A stretch of 64,000 nt of DNA, taken from the NCBI GenBank assembly GCA_948433435.1, contig CAOJDX010000002.1, forward strand, positions 25,432 through 89,431, written 5' to 3'. Origin of the DNA: an uncultured Clostridia bacterium. Its GTDB lineage: Bacteria > Bacillota_I > Bacilli_A > RF39 > UBA660. This document shows positions 21,719 to 32,620 of the stretch, in pieces. The notes beneath the pieces are model-generated. The model was not told the DNA's origin and did not search any database. It was given only the letters and a program-made list of their open reading frames with translations. The translations under genes and the position numbers were made by a program. How positions within the stretch are numbered: the first letter of the stretch is position 1; each line of letters begins with the position of its first letter.

Positions 21719-22729
21719 ATGAATATTATAGAAAGAATAAAACAACGAGCTAGAAAGGAAATTAAAAAAATTGTCTTACCTGAGGCACAGGATATTAGAA
21801 TTTTAAGAGCAGCTGAATTGATTCAAAAAGAAGAATTCGCTCAACCAATCTTAATTGGAAAAGTAAAAGAAGTTATTGAATTAGCCGAAAAGAATCATAT
21901 TAATTTGGAAAACATTGAGATTATTGACCCTAAAGAATTTAAAGATCTTGAACTTCTTATTGAGCGATTTTATGAATTGAGAAAAAATAAAGGCATCAGT
22001 ATGGAAGAAGCTAAAAAAATTATGACTACTGATTATATTTATTTTGGCAATATGTTAGTTAAAGAAGATTATGCTGATGGTTTAGTATGTGGCTCAATTT
22101 GTACCTCTAGTGACAGTCTAAGACCAGCTCTACAAATTATTAAAACTGCTGACCACGTCAAAGTTGCCTCTTCTTTCTTTTTAATTGAATTGGAGAATAA
22201 AATTTTAGGAAAAAATGGCTGCTTTATTTATTCTGATTGTGGTATGATTCAAAATCCTACAAGTGAAGAGTTGGTAGAAATTGCGGCAGCTTCTGCTCAA
22301 ACTTTCCAGCTTTTATTGGAAGATGAAGCTACTATTGCCCTTTTGTCTCATTCTACTATGGGTTCATCAAATTGTTTAAATCAAGAAAAGGTTGCAACTG
22401 CTGTTTCGATGGCAAAAATGAAATATCCTCATCTAAATCTAGATGGAGAAATGCAATTTGATGCAGCAATTATTCCTGAAGTTGCTAAAATGAAGGCCCC
22501 AAATAGTAAAGTAGCAGGTCATGCTAATTGTTTAATATTCCCTAATTTAGATGCTGGCAATATTGGTTATAAAATTACTCAAAGATTAGCTAATGCTAAT
22601 TCCTATGGTCCGATGACTCAGGGATTAAAAAAGCCTATCAACGATTTATCTAGAGGATGCTCTGTTGAGGATATCGTTGGTGTAGTTGCTATTACTGCTT
22701 TACAAGCTCAAAAGAAAAATATTGAATAA
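21719..22729 (+). CDS. pta: Phosphate acetyltransferase
   Basis: Its length and sequence blocks (IVLPEAQD, SDCG, PNLDAGNIGYK) match the Pta/EutD family. Confidence 0.9.
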   Translation: MNIIERIKQRARKEIKKIVLPEAQDIRILRAAELIQKEEFAQPILIGKVKEVIELAEKNHINLENIEIIDPKEFKDLELLIERFYELRKNKGISMEEAKKIMTTDYIYFGNMLVKEDYADGLVCGSICTSSDSLRPALQIIKTADHVKVASSFFLIELENKILGKNGCFIYSDCGMIQNPTSEELVEIAAASAQTFQLLLEDEATIALLSHSTMGSSNCLNQEKVATAVSMAKMKYPHLNLDGEMQFDAAIIPEVAKMKAPNSKVAGHANCLIFPNLDAGNIGYKITQRLANANSYGPMTQGLKKPINDLSRGCSVEDIVGVVAITALQAQKKNIE

Positions 22730-22843
22730 CTATTCAAAGTTTCACCATACTATAAGTAAAATGTTTTATCATTTTTAGCACTCTGTATTGACAACTGCTA
22801 AAAATAGTGGTATAACATATTTATGAAAGGAAAGGTGATATAT

Positions 22844-23224
22844 ATGTTACCAAGAAGATTTTATCTTGATGATGTAATTGATTCTTTAATGGAAAGTGAA
22901 AAAAGTGGAATGAAATGTGATATTTATGAAAAGAATAACACTTATTTTGTAGAATTAGATTTACCAGGTTACCAAAAAGAAGATATCAAAATTGAGTGTA
23001 ATAAGGGAAATTTAATTATATCATGTGAAAAACAACACGAAGAACATGATGAGGCAAAAAAATATATTCGTCGTGAAAGAAGTTATGGAAAATATTCTAG
23101 AAGTTTATATCTAGGTGATATTGATCAAAATAATATTGATGCAGCATTTCATAATGGAACTTTAACTATCACTATTCCAAAAATTGATGAAGAAAAAAAT
23201 AAAAAATATATAGATATTAAATAA
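22844..23224 (+). CDS. Hsp20/alpha-crystallin small heat-shock protein
   Basis: It has an alpha-crystallin domain (YFVELDLPGYQKEDIKIE...GTLTITIPK). The start was chosen at MLPRR, after AAAGGTGA. A terminator hairpin follows at 23228-23262. Confidence 0.85.
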   Translation: MLPRRFYLDDVIDSLMESEKSGMKCDIYEKNNTYFVELDLPGYQKEDIKIECNKGNLIISCEKQHEEHDEAKKYIRRERSYGKYSRSLYLGDIDQNNIDAAFHNGTLTITIPKIDEEKNKKYIDIK

Positions 23225-23333
23225 GATATCATGATGAAAATCATGGTATTTTTTTATTATCATCCCCTTTCTATTGTTGTGATCCTTAGTAATATAAGGT
23301 ATAATATAATTACTATAAAAAGGAGATTATTTT

Positions 23334-26300
23334 ATGTTAGTTAGGTTTAAAAAAGTGATTAATAATTTACTAAAATTTCATACTACTCAACCCTTTGCTA
23401 ACATAATTAGAGAAAACTATCAATCCATTATTCAGAATTTAGATACCTCTAAAAATTTTCAGAAAAGGCCTATTTATCAATGTGTGTATGATTATCTTAT
23501 CCAGTATGATTATCTTTTGATCGAAAAAGAATTGATTGACTTTATCAATTCCTATCAAGAAAAAAAGAATTATCATTTTCAGTATCAAGAAATCAATCAG
23601 ATTAAAAAAGTTAGTAGACAACTATTAACTAAGCAATTAATGTTGTTAGTAAATGAACAATATCTCTGCTTAATGGAAGAAACAAAAATTAGAAATGCCA
23701 TAAAAAAATTGAAGCAAAATCGGGATATTTCTCTTAATAGATATTATTTGGTAACAGAAAACACCTCTAATCAATCTATTTTTCTTTTAAATCAAGAAAT
23801 CGAGAAGTTAAATAACGAAAAAGTTTTTAGGACCTTTGATCTTACATTACAAAGTCATGGAAAAGAACTTTCTCCAATTTTAGCAGAAGTTAAGAAAACG
23901 GAAATCTTAAAGATTTATTTGTTAAATAATATTATTCATAGCTTTCAAGAAATAAGTGATTTTAAATTACATCATTTTTATCAAAAAAATATTGATCTTG
24001 AAAAATTACTAAATAAAGATCATATCTATTCTTTAATGACAGAAGAAAGTAAACAGTATTATAGAAAAAAAATATTAAAGAAAAGAAGACCCTTTGTATA
24101 CTTAGAAAACCATTTAAAGGAAAAAAAACATATTGGTTTTTTTCTATTTCAACATTCACATTATTTATTTTCTTTAGATTACAAAAATCGTGATATTCCT
24201 AATACTAGTAAGACTATGATAAATCTTTCACAGTTTTTTTCTAATAAAGAGCAGATCGATCTATTTTTTAAAGAATTAGAGAAAAATATTGCTCCTAATA
24301 TTTATTTTAATATCATCAATGAAAATCTTACTTTGGAAGAAGAGCTTGTTAATTATCTAGAAAAAAAATGTCGCATATTGAATAAAAGTCAAGAAGTGGT
24401 TCAAGTTTACCAGAAGAATCAAAAAATAGTATATTCTAAAAATATAAAGTATGTCCTTTCCCTTTATGCCGTTTCCAAAATAGAAATAGATAAAATTAAA
24501 TATTTACTTGGAATTATGGATCATCCTCTTAATCTAAGTATAATGGACAGGAAGAGAAAAGAACTTAATGGTACTGCTCTACTTTTATTACAAGTTTTTA
24601 ACGAAAATGAATGTAGTTTATTTAACAGACTTTATCAAAAAGAGCAAATGTTATTAGGGCAAAACGAGTTTTATCGATTAAAAGAATATACAACATTAAA
24701 CAGAACTTTTTTGCACGATCAGTGTTTAAAAAGGAAGTTTTTAAAAGCAAAATATATAAAAAATATTATCTTTCATAGTAATCATTCCCCTACTTTTAAT
24801 CATTATTTAAAAAACTATCAAAAATTTTTAAAGAAAAATATATATAACTTAAAAAATAGTTCTTGGCAACAAAAAATACTAATTTTATCACAATTCAAAA
24901 AAGAATTCATTTATTTTTTCTTTTTACTCACTATAATTATTTTTCCTTCTTGGTTCTTATTTAGTGTACAATTTATCTGTCTTCTTGTTTGGCATCATTC
25001 CAATCATTTTTTATCTTCCTTTTTGAAAGCATTTAATGAATATACAAATATACCTACTTATCTTTCTCTACTTATTACTAAAAGGTATTATTCAAAACAG
25101 TACTTTTTCAATATAGGAATCGGAATTCTTCTTTTATTACAAAATAATCTTGTTGGTTTTATCTTTATTTTATCTCTTCCTCTACTATTTTTTATGAATA
25201 AAGTTAAGGAAAGTAAAAACGAGAAAATTGATCAACTTGCAAAAGAAAATCTCTCTAAAAAACAAAATTATGCTATTCCTAATATGGCTATTTTATCTAA
25301 TCAAAATATTTCTTTGTATATCGATAAAGAAGAAAATTCTACCTGTATCTATCATCATTTTAAAGTAAGTACTATAAATTATAAAAAAGATATTTCCTTA
25401 ATTGATTTAGATCTTTGTAAAGAACTTGAAGTGATCGATTCGACAATTTCTTTTGATAACAATAGAGTAAAAATAACAAAAACATATCAAGATATTCAGG
25501 CTATCATCGAACCTGTCATTTCTCCCTTACATGATGTAGAAATTAAAAAAATCACATTGCAAAACAATAGTAAAAAAAGAAAGAAGATTTTATGCAAAAT
25601 ATACTTTCCCTATGAAATAGATGAAAAGTTATTAGATGATTCTTGTTTAACTATAAAAAAAGAAAAGCATAATCTTTATGTTACAGCATATTTTTTAGGT
25701 GGTAACAGTGATTACTCGATTCTTAATACTTTGACTAATACTCAAAAGATAGCTGCTTACCAGCAAAAAGAAATTTATTTCATTACAACTTTTTCAAAAA
25801 AATTAGAGAAAAAGGAAGTTCTACATCTTTATCATAGTCCTTTTAAATTTTCTTCATTTTATGCTTTAATCAAAAAGGAGGAAAATTCTATTCATCATCT
25901 TCTTTTAAGTTATCTTTGGCAAATTAATAAATTTAAACTTAATGAGGCTAGGGAAAAACTACTTACATATAATTATTTGTCAACAAAGGAATTACAAAAA
26001 TTCGGAATTACAGAAAACATTCCTATTATCTTATTAGATTTAAAAAACAGTTCTCAAAAAACTCTCATTAAAGAAATTATTTTATTTTTTAAATATTGTA
26101 AATTGAATCACTTTATAGTTCATTTAATTATTCTTAATGGTGTTGATCAGCAATATATTGAAGAGCTTGTGTATCATATTAACCAGGAAAATAGTAGTTT
26201 GACAAAAATTCCTGGAAGTATTTATCAGATTAATGAGCAAGAATTAACTCCTGATGAAATCATTTTATTCTATACTTTATCATACTTAACGATTGATGCT

Positions 26301-28115
26301 TCTAATTATTCTTCTTTAAAAAATTATGTACAAATGATGAGCGATAAAATATCCATAGCTGAACATTCCCCTATTAAAATTAAAAAAAGTTTGCCTATTT
26401 CTTTTGTGGAGGAGATGAATAATTTTAAAGATCAAACTAATATCTATGATGCTAAAAATAAAGAATATTTAATTTTTAATCAAACCAACGAGAATGTTTT
26501 TTCACATATCTTTACCTCTCCCACTTCTTTAAAAACAGTTACCAATCTTAGAGCAAAAAGTTATACCTATTTAGATTCTCAAATTAGGTTATCCTCTAGA
26601 GAAGAGATATTAGTCAACCATTCTAAAATTTCATTTGCTGTTGTCAAATACGGGCTAGGATATACTTCTTATTTAGCCAAAACAAAAAAATTGGAAATAA
26701 CAATGACAGAATTTATCTCTTACTTTGAAAAGATAAAATTTTATCAATTAAAGATTAAAAATATCAGCAACGATGATTTAAAACTATCTCTACAATATAT
26801 TATTCATCCTATTCTGTCAGAAAATATTCTAAATAGTGAGCGATATATTTTATGTAAATATGACTATAAGAAAAATTTAATTACTCTGCAAAACAAACTA
26901 AATTCATATTTTTTAGAAAACACCTGTTTCATTACTTGTACAGAAAAAATTGCCAAAGTTCAATTACATGACCCTGTACAAAAAACAATAGAAATCAAAA
27001 AAAATATTTTTAAAGATTCTTCCTGTGAATTTGCCTTTACTTTAGGAATAACAAATTCCAGTCATTTAGATTATTTAAAGGAAAAATATTCCACTATTTC
27101 TACTATTAATACTGCCCTTGCTATCAGTATCAATTATTTTAAAACCATTTTAAATACTGTAACAGTTCAAACTAATGATGAAAAATTCAACCAAATGATG
27201 AATCACTTTTTATTATATAAAACAGTTACTGAAAAAGTGTTTCAACAAGATGATTTTGTTAGTTTAAAACATTGTTGTACTATTATAAATATTTTACCTA
27301 ATGTTGTAAAAGATGTAATTATTAATTGTGCTAAAAAGCCTCTAAAAGGTGAAGAAATATTTGATTTAATTCATGCTGTTTATGTTTATATTATTAAAAC
27401 TGAACAAAAAGAAATTTTAACGGAATTGATTAATGAACATATTATTCTTTATTATATATTAGAGAAAAATCTTCAACGTTTTATTGATGAAGAGCACAAC
27501 CCATATCATGTATATGAAACAATAAAATTCTTTATTGAAATTATCAAAATTTATGACAAAAAAATTGACACCACTTCTTACTTGCAAAAATTAACTATAT
27601 TTAAAAGAAAAATTGAAGAAAAAGTGCCTACTAATTTAATAGATGAGACTTACAAAATATTAATAGATGCAAAACATGAAGACGAAAAAATATATTGTTC
27701 TAAATATATGCCAAAAGATTTTTTTAAGCAAGAATTTCTTTTTCTGCAGTTATTGTTAAAACAAAAAAGTTATGATTTACTGTATTATCATTACCAAAAT
27801 ATGATTCTCCCCAATCAACAAAATAGGAATTTACTTAATCAATATGCTGGAAATTTTTATCAAATGGGTTTAGAAGAAATATTAGGTTTTCAAAAAAAAG
27901 GAATAAAATTATATATATCTCCACATCTTCCATCCTCTATTAAGGATTATCAAATTACCTATCGTTACTTAAATACACTTTATCACATTAATATCATTCT
28001 TCAGCATAAAGAAAATAAAATTATGATAGACAACTACAAGATAACTACTGATTACATAGAATTAAAAAATGATCATAAAACTCATGAAGTGCTTATTTAC
28101 AAGAAAAGAAAATAG
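23334..28115 (+). CDS. Giant hypothetical protein (1593 aa) with a central transmembrane cluster
   Basis: It is an uninterrupted 4.8-kb ORF in an AT-rich genome with a good RBS. Hydrophobic helices lie at about aa 520-620. No confidently recognisable catalytic motif was found. A terminator hairpin follows at 28108-28135. Confidence 0.6.
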   Translation: MLVRFKKVINNLLKFHTTQPFANIIRENYQSIIQNLDTSKNFQKRPIYQCVYDYLIQYDYLLIEKELIDFINSYQEKKNYHFQYQEINQIKKVSRQLLTKQLMLLVNEQYLCLMEETKIRNAIKKLKQNRDISLNRYYLVTENTSNQSIFLLNQEIEKLNNEKVFRTFDLTLQSHGKELSPILAEVKKTEILKIYLLNNIIHSFQEISDFKLHHFYQKNIDLEKLLNKDHIYSLMTEESKQYYRKKILKKRRPFVYLENHLKEKKHIGFFLFQHSHYLFSLDYKNRDIPNTSKTMINLSQFFSNKEQIDLFFKELEKNIAPNIYFNIINENLTLEEELVNYLEKKCRILNKSQEVVQVYQKNQKIVYSKNIKYVLSLYAVSKIEIDKIKYLLGIMDHPLNLSIMDRKRKELNGTALLLLQVFNENECSLFNRLYQKEQMLLGQNEFYRLKEYTTLNRTFLHDQCLKRKFLKAKYIKNIIFHSNHSPTFNHYLKNYQKFLKKNIYNLKNSSWQQKILILSQFKKEFIYFFFLLTIIIFPSWFLFSVQFICLLVWHHSNHFLSSFLKAFNEYTNIPTYLSLLITKRYYSKQYFFNIGIGILLLLQNNLVGFIFILSLPLLFFMNKVKESKNEKIDQLAKENLSKKQNYAIPNMAILSNQNISLYIDKEENSTCIYHHFKVSTINYKKDISLIDLDLCKELEVIDSTISFDNNRVKITKTYQDIQAIIEPVISPLHDVEIKKITLQNNSKKRKKILCKIYFPYEIDEKLLDDSCLTIKKEKHNLYVTAYFLGGNSDYSILNTLTNTQKIAAYQQKEIYFITTFSKKLEKKEVLHLYHSPFKFSSFYALIKKEENSIHHLLLSYLWQINKFKLNEAREKLLTYNYLSTKELQKFGITENIPIILLDLKNSSQKTLIKEIILFFKYCKLNHFIVHLIILNGVDQQYIEELVYHINQENSSLTKIPGSIYQINEQELTPDEIILFYTLSYLTIDASNYSSLKNYVQMMSDKISIAEHSPIKIKKSLPISFVEEMNNFKDQTNIYDAKNKEYLIFNQTNENVFSHIFTSPTSLKTVTNLRAKSYTYLDSQIRLSSREEILVNHSKISFAVVKYGLGYTSYLAKTKKLEITMTEFISYFEKIKFYQLKIKNISNDDLKLSLQYIIHPILSENILNSERYILCKYDYKKNLITLQNKLNSYFLENTCFITCTEKIAKVQLHDPVQKTIEIKKNIFKDSSCEFAFTLGITNSSHLDYLKEKYSTISTINTALAISINYFKTILNTVTVQTNDEKFNQMMNHFLLYKTVTEKVFQQDDFVSLKHCCTIINILPNVVKDVIINCAKKPLKGEEIFDLIHAVYVYIIKTEQKEILTELINEHIILYYILEKNLQRFIDEEHNPYHVYETIKFFIEIIKIYDKKIDTTSYLQKLTIFKRKIEEKVPTNLIDETYKILIDAKHEDEKIYCSKYMPKDFFKQEFLFLQLLLKQKSYDLLYYHYQNMILPNQQNRNLLNQYAGNFYQMGLEEILGFQKKGIKLYISPHLPSSIKDYQITYRYLNTLYHINIILQHKENKIMIDNYKITTDYIELKNDHKTHEVLIYKKRK

Positions 28116-28586
28116 GTTTTCTCCTATTTTTTTATTGTCTTAATAAAATAATATTATTAAAATCAGTACAATACTAACAAGATAAATAATTCCCAATTTT
28201 TTATATAATGGAATAAAGTATTCTTTTTCTTCCTCTTCAAAAAAATAATCTACTATTTTATTCATTACTACTCACCTTTTTTCTAATATATGTTACTCCA
28301 TAAAAAAAGCACTCATTAGTGCATATATATAAAACAGTAAATGTTCTTTTAATTCCCATACTTATTCATTAATATACTGCAATAATACTACTCTTTTTAT
28401 TCGATATTTCAAATAAACCATATCATAGTATTTAAGTAATTTATGACTTTGGACTAAAAAGCCTAAAAAATAGACTCTTATTATATTTCTAAGGTCTAAA
28501 AAGTATCTTTTAGGGACAACTTCAAGCTTTTATTCAAAATAAGTGGTATAATTTATTCATAATCATGAAGGAGAAGTAGTAGCCTA

Positions 28587-29240
28587 ATGAAAATTGTAGT
28601 AATTGAAAATAATCATAATTTTAATAAATTAATATGTAAATATCTTAATCAAATTTTAATTGATAGAAATCTAGAATGGGATATTGTACCATTTTTTAAT
28701 TATAATGATGAATTAAAAAATATTATTCATGACAATGAAATTAAAATATACATTATCGATATTAAATTAGGAGGATCTTATTCTGGATATGATATTTGTA
28801 GAGAAATAAGGGAATCAGCTTATGATTGGGATAGTATCTTAATTATATCATCCATTCATAATCAAAAGGAAAATTTTATTACCTTAAGACTAGCCATTTT
28901 TACTTATTTATCAAAATATTATAACTTCGAGAATAATTTAAAGGATACAATTGTTCATGCTGTTAATATATTAGAACAGAGAAAGTTTCTAAGAATCAAT
29001 AAAAGTTGTCGAATTTCTATTAATGATATTTGTTATATCTTAAAAGAAAGAAACAGTAAATACTGTTATATTAAAACTTTAGATGATCATTTTAGGATCA
29101 GGAAATCATTAAAAAGTTTAGAAGCTGATTTAAAATTAAGAAAAGTAAAGGGTTATCTTTTAGTTAATGATAGAAATATCAAATCAACACATAGAGATAA
29201 AATTATTTTTGAAAATAAAATAAAAATTAAGATAGATTAG
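28587..29240 (+). CDS. LytTR-family response regulator (orphan)
   Basis: It has an N-terminal receiver-like domain (IIDIKL) and a C-terminal LytTR DNA-binding domain. No histidine kinase gene is adjacent. Confidence 0.7.
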   Translation: MKIVVIENNHNFNKLICKYLNQILIDRNLEWDIVPFFNYNDELKNIIHDNEIKIYIIDIKLGGSYSGYDICREIRESAYDWDSILIISSIHNQKENFITLRLAIFTYLSKYYNFENNLKDTIVHAVNILEQRKFLRINKSCRISINDICYILKERNSKYCYIKTLDDHFRIRKSLKSLEADLKLRKVKGYLLVNDRNIKSTHRDKIIFENKIKIKID

Positions 29241-29301
29241 TTTTGATATCACAATTCTAATTATTTTTTATGGTTGATAAATTCTGTAGGTGAATAAATT
29301 T

Positions 29302-29330
29302 AAAAATAGTTGATAAAGGTCAACTATTTT
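29302..29330. terminator. Bidirectional terminator between the LytTR gene and the cotJC 3' fragment
   Basis: It is a perfect 11-12-bp stem (aaaaatagttga-taaagg-tcaactattttt) with A/T runs on both sides. Confidence 0.6.
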
Positions 29331-29339
29331 TAAAATGGA

Positions 29340-29693
29340 CTAATTATTTTTAATTTTTTCTTGATAATACTTAAATAATTCTTTAAATCTATTATAGTGA
29401 ACAATTTCTCTTTGCCTAAGCCATAATAATGGACCTATTACATCAGCATCTTCTGCTAAATCAATTAAGTTTTCATAAACTGCTCTAGCTTTTTGTTCTG
29501 CTGCCATATTCTCAGAAATGTCAGCTAGTGGATCGCCAGTAGTAGCAAAATATGTTGTTGTAAAAGGTACTCCATTGGCATCTGTTGGGAATAAAGCTCT
29601 ACTATGTTCCGCATAATGAGGATCAAGTCCAGCTTCCTTTATTTCTTCTATTGTAGCATCCTTCATTAATTGATAAACCATAGTTGAAATCAT
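29340..29693 (-). pseudogene. cotJC: cotJC 3' fragment (Mn-catalase-family spore coat protein, C-terminal part), split by prophage insertion
   Basis: The translation (QYCKN)ELAHVEMISTMVYQLMKDATIEEIKEAGL... continues exactly where the 60904..61110 fragment stops (...LLTDIGTEEL). There is no RBS or start of its own. Confidence 0.8.
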
Positions 29694-29729
29694 TTCTACA
29701 TGAGCTAATTCATTTTTACAATACTGTTA

Positions 29730-31898
29730 TCAGTCAAAGGGCAATAAAATAATATCAATAGTGAAATTTTCTTTTAAATAGCGGCCTCCATGGTCTTTTT
29801 TATATATAATTTTCTTAATTATTGTAGATAATAATTCGTTTTTTTCTTCGGCTGTCATTTCTGGAGTATAACTACTTAAAACATCTTCTAATATAGGTAT
29901 AGCCTTTTTCTTGCTAGTAAATTCATGAGCTATATTATTTATGTTAGGCAACTCTTGTTTTTGATTTAATAATGCTTCTAACTGATTATTTAAAACATCT
30001 ATTCTTTTTTTAAAAAGTTCTTTAGTATATGCTCCAGCTTCTACTAATTCACAGGCTTTCTCAATTTGTGCGTTTACTTTGTCAATTTCATTGTCTATTA
30101 CCTGTATAACTTCTTTGTTATTATTTATTTCTTTTTGTACTGCTTCTTTGTAATTATCAATATATAATTTATAATCTTCTTTTATTGATCTTAATGTTTG
30201 TAATATTTTACTTTCCACTAATTCTAAATCGCTTGAAACACACTTACATCTAGGGCGACTACACATAAGAGTATCGGCGTGCGCTGGCGTTATACTTTCT
30301 TCTAATGTAGTTACTGCTTTATCAAACTCTGTAGTTTCTATATTCAATAATTTCTTTAGATCTTCCCATTTATTAGCGTATGGCATGGTAAATTTATCGT
30401 CATTACTAGCAAACCAATGATCTACGCAGCATTTAGATACCTTTAAGGATCTAGCTATATCGTTTAGACTATAGTCTCCTTTATGTTCTCGAAGTAATAA
30501 TCTTAACTTAGTCTTATTAACTTCGTAAACTCGTTTTACTGTAGGTTTTGTGTCTTTTCTTATATAGTATGGTCGTCTCGTCATATTATTACCGCAATAC
30601 CCACAAACAACTAAACCAACAAGAGGGTTTTTTAATTCTTTCTCGTCTGGAACAGTTTTAACTCGATTACTTAAAAATTTTTCTTGTATTCTACTACGAT
30701 ATTCTTCATTTAAAATACTATTTTTGTAATGTTTACCTTTTACGAATAAATAATCATTATTATTAGGGTTTTTTCTTACAATTTTACCATTTACTAAAGT
30801 TGTAACAGTTTTTCGTCTGTCCCAAGTTAAATAGCCGTATATAGTTGGACTTTGTAATATATTTCGTATCATATTGGCCGTCCACTCTTTAGCTTTTCTA
30901 GGAGTGATTTTAAGGTAGTTAAAATAGTGTGCTATGTTTGTTGGTCTCATATCGTCAATAATTATTTTAATTGTTTCTCCAGGGTTAAAAATATCGTTAG
31001 GTATATGTATATGATCTATTTTTATATGATAAGCAGCTGATATACTCTCTAATGTATCATTTTCTTGTAATGTATAATCAACACTTTTACTATCTACCGT
31101 AAGTTTTATATCATAACCAATTTTTAAATCTAAATTATGAGTAATTATTACTTTTTTATGAGTACCAAAAGTTTTAGCTATTGTAGATACCGTATCATTT
31201 TCTTTTACTATGTAAGTAGTATTAAGACCGTCCAAAAATAAATCAGCCATAAGTCTAACTACTTTAGCCTCCGACTCATTTTCAACTAACATAAAACCTT
31301 TTTCGTTAGGTATTTTTATTTTATTAGATCCATAAGGAAGCACAGAGCCCACATAATTACCTTCTTTAACGCTTCTTACACGCCCACGAGATAATATTCT
31401 TTTGGTATATTTTAAGTATTTTCTTGACTGATATAAGCCGTCTTCAAAATAGGAAAGATCATCTTCATTGTCAAGATCATAAATTTTCATAGGAGTTACT
31501 ATTTTTGTACCAGTATACTTAAATGTTTGAGCTATGATACCCTGGTCTATAGTGTTACCACGTGCTAGACGTTCTATTTCAATACATATAACGCCTTTTT
31601 TATCGTCGTTTTCTATTATAGATAATACTTCTTGCATTACTGGACGATTTTCGATAGTGTCTCCAGACGCAACCTCTCTATAGATATTATGCTCTGGTAT
31701 AGGTTTACCGAAAATACTTATAATAAAGTCCTGTAAGTCTTTTTCATGACGTTGTAATGTTTTTTCTATAGACTCGTCTTTAAAATAGTCCATATCTTTA
31801 CGTGATTTTCTTAAGTATATTATTAACATATCTAGTATTTCATCTATAGATAGATTACTAGGTATATGTAAAATTCTTAAAAATGTATCTAAATTCAT
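29730..31898 (-). CDS. Large serine recombinase (SpoIVCA/SprA-like integrase)
   Basis: It has an N-terminal resolvase catalytic domain (YLRKSRKD...IERLARG) and long recombinase and zinc-ribbon/coiled-coil domains. Its stop codon lies inside the attL arm. Confidence 0.9.
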   Translation of the reverse strand: MNLDTFLRILHIPSNLSIDEILDMLIIYLRKSRKDMDYFKDESIEKTLQRHEKDLQDFIISIFGKPIPEHNIYREVASGDTIENRPVMQEVLSIIENDDKKGVICIEIERLARGNTIDQGIIAQTFKYTGTKIVTPMKIYDLDNEDDLSYFEDGLYQSRKYLKYTKRILSRGRVRSVKEGNYVGSVLPYGSNKIKIPNEKGFMLVENESEAKVVRLMADLFLDGLNTTYIVKENDTVSTIAKTFGTHKKVIITHNLDLKIGYDIKLTVDSKSVDYTLQENDTLESISAAYHIKIDHIHIPNDIFNPGETIKIIIDDMRPTNIAHYFNYLKITPRKAKEWTANMIRNILQSPTIYGYLTWDRRKTVTTLVNGKIVRKNPNNNDYLFVKGKHYKNSILNEEYRSRIQEKFLSNRVKTVPDEKELKNPLVGLVVCGYCGNNMTRRPYYIRKDTKPTVKRVYEVNKTKLRLLLREHKGDYSLNDIARSLKVSKCCVDHWFASNDDKFTMPYANKWEDLKKLLNIETTEFDKAVTTLEESITPAHADTLMCSRPRCKCVSSDLELVESKILQTLRSIKEDYKLYIDNYKEAVQKEINNNKEVIQVIDNEIDKVNAQIEKACELVEAGAYTKELFKKRIDVLNNQLEALLNQKQELPNINNIAHEFTSKKKAIPILEDVLSSYTPEMTAEEKNELLSTIIKKIIYKKDHGGRYLKENFTIDIILLPFD

Positions 31899-32063
31899 AT
31901 TATAGCACTTTCTTTCTTTTAAATTTTATGCTATAATCGTATAGAAAAACCTATACAATTATAGTTTCTTATATAACCTATTAGTTTCTATTTTTGTTCT
32001 GAGTGTGATAGCTTTTGTGGTTTTTCATTTTGACACTTTATGTTCGCGCATAACGTGTCTTTT

Positions 32064-32543
32064 TTATTTACTTATAAAACATATAAGTTTATTATGATCT
32101 AAGCAATTTAATGTAATTACTTCGTTACTATTTCTTTTTATTTCTCCAACAATAATATTATTATCTATTAAATTGTTATTATTTATTATAAAAGATGTTC
32201 CATTTTCTAAAGTATTGTTTAATTTAATATCAAATGTCTTTAAATAACCGTTTTGACATATTATCGCAATAGTATAAAATTCATTATCAAAATCATATAT
32301 CAAACCGTAATCATAACTTTCGCATAAATTATAATATTTATTATCAATTTTATTACTTATTCTTATGTATTTATTATTTTCATTATCATAAGCCATAAAG
32401 TAGAAATTGTTATTTTTTTCGTCTATTTCAATAGAGACAAATTTACCTTTAAAGCAATTAAAATCATTGTTGTTTTTGCTAACTTTAATTAGTTGCATAT
32501 CAACTTTTTTTATTGTATTTTTTTTCTTAAATAATCCAAACAT
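32064..32543 (-). CDS. Hypothetical prophage accessory (moron) protein
   Basis: It is an Asn-rich ORF in the cargo position between the integrase and the repressor. Confidence 0.4.
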   Translation of the reverse strand: MFGLFKKKNTIKKVDMQLIKVSKNNNDFNCFKGKFVSIEIDEKNNNFYFMAYDNENNKYIRISNKIDNKYYNLCESYDYGLIYDFDNEFYTIAIICQNGYLKTFDIKLNNTLENGTSFIINNNNLIDNNIIVGEIKRNSNEVITLNCLDHNKLICFISK

Positions 32544-32620
32544 ACATTAACCTCTTTCTCTTTGTTAATTGGTAAATATTACCATTTACCTTATAATATC
32601 GCCCTAAGGAGGGGGTATTT

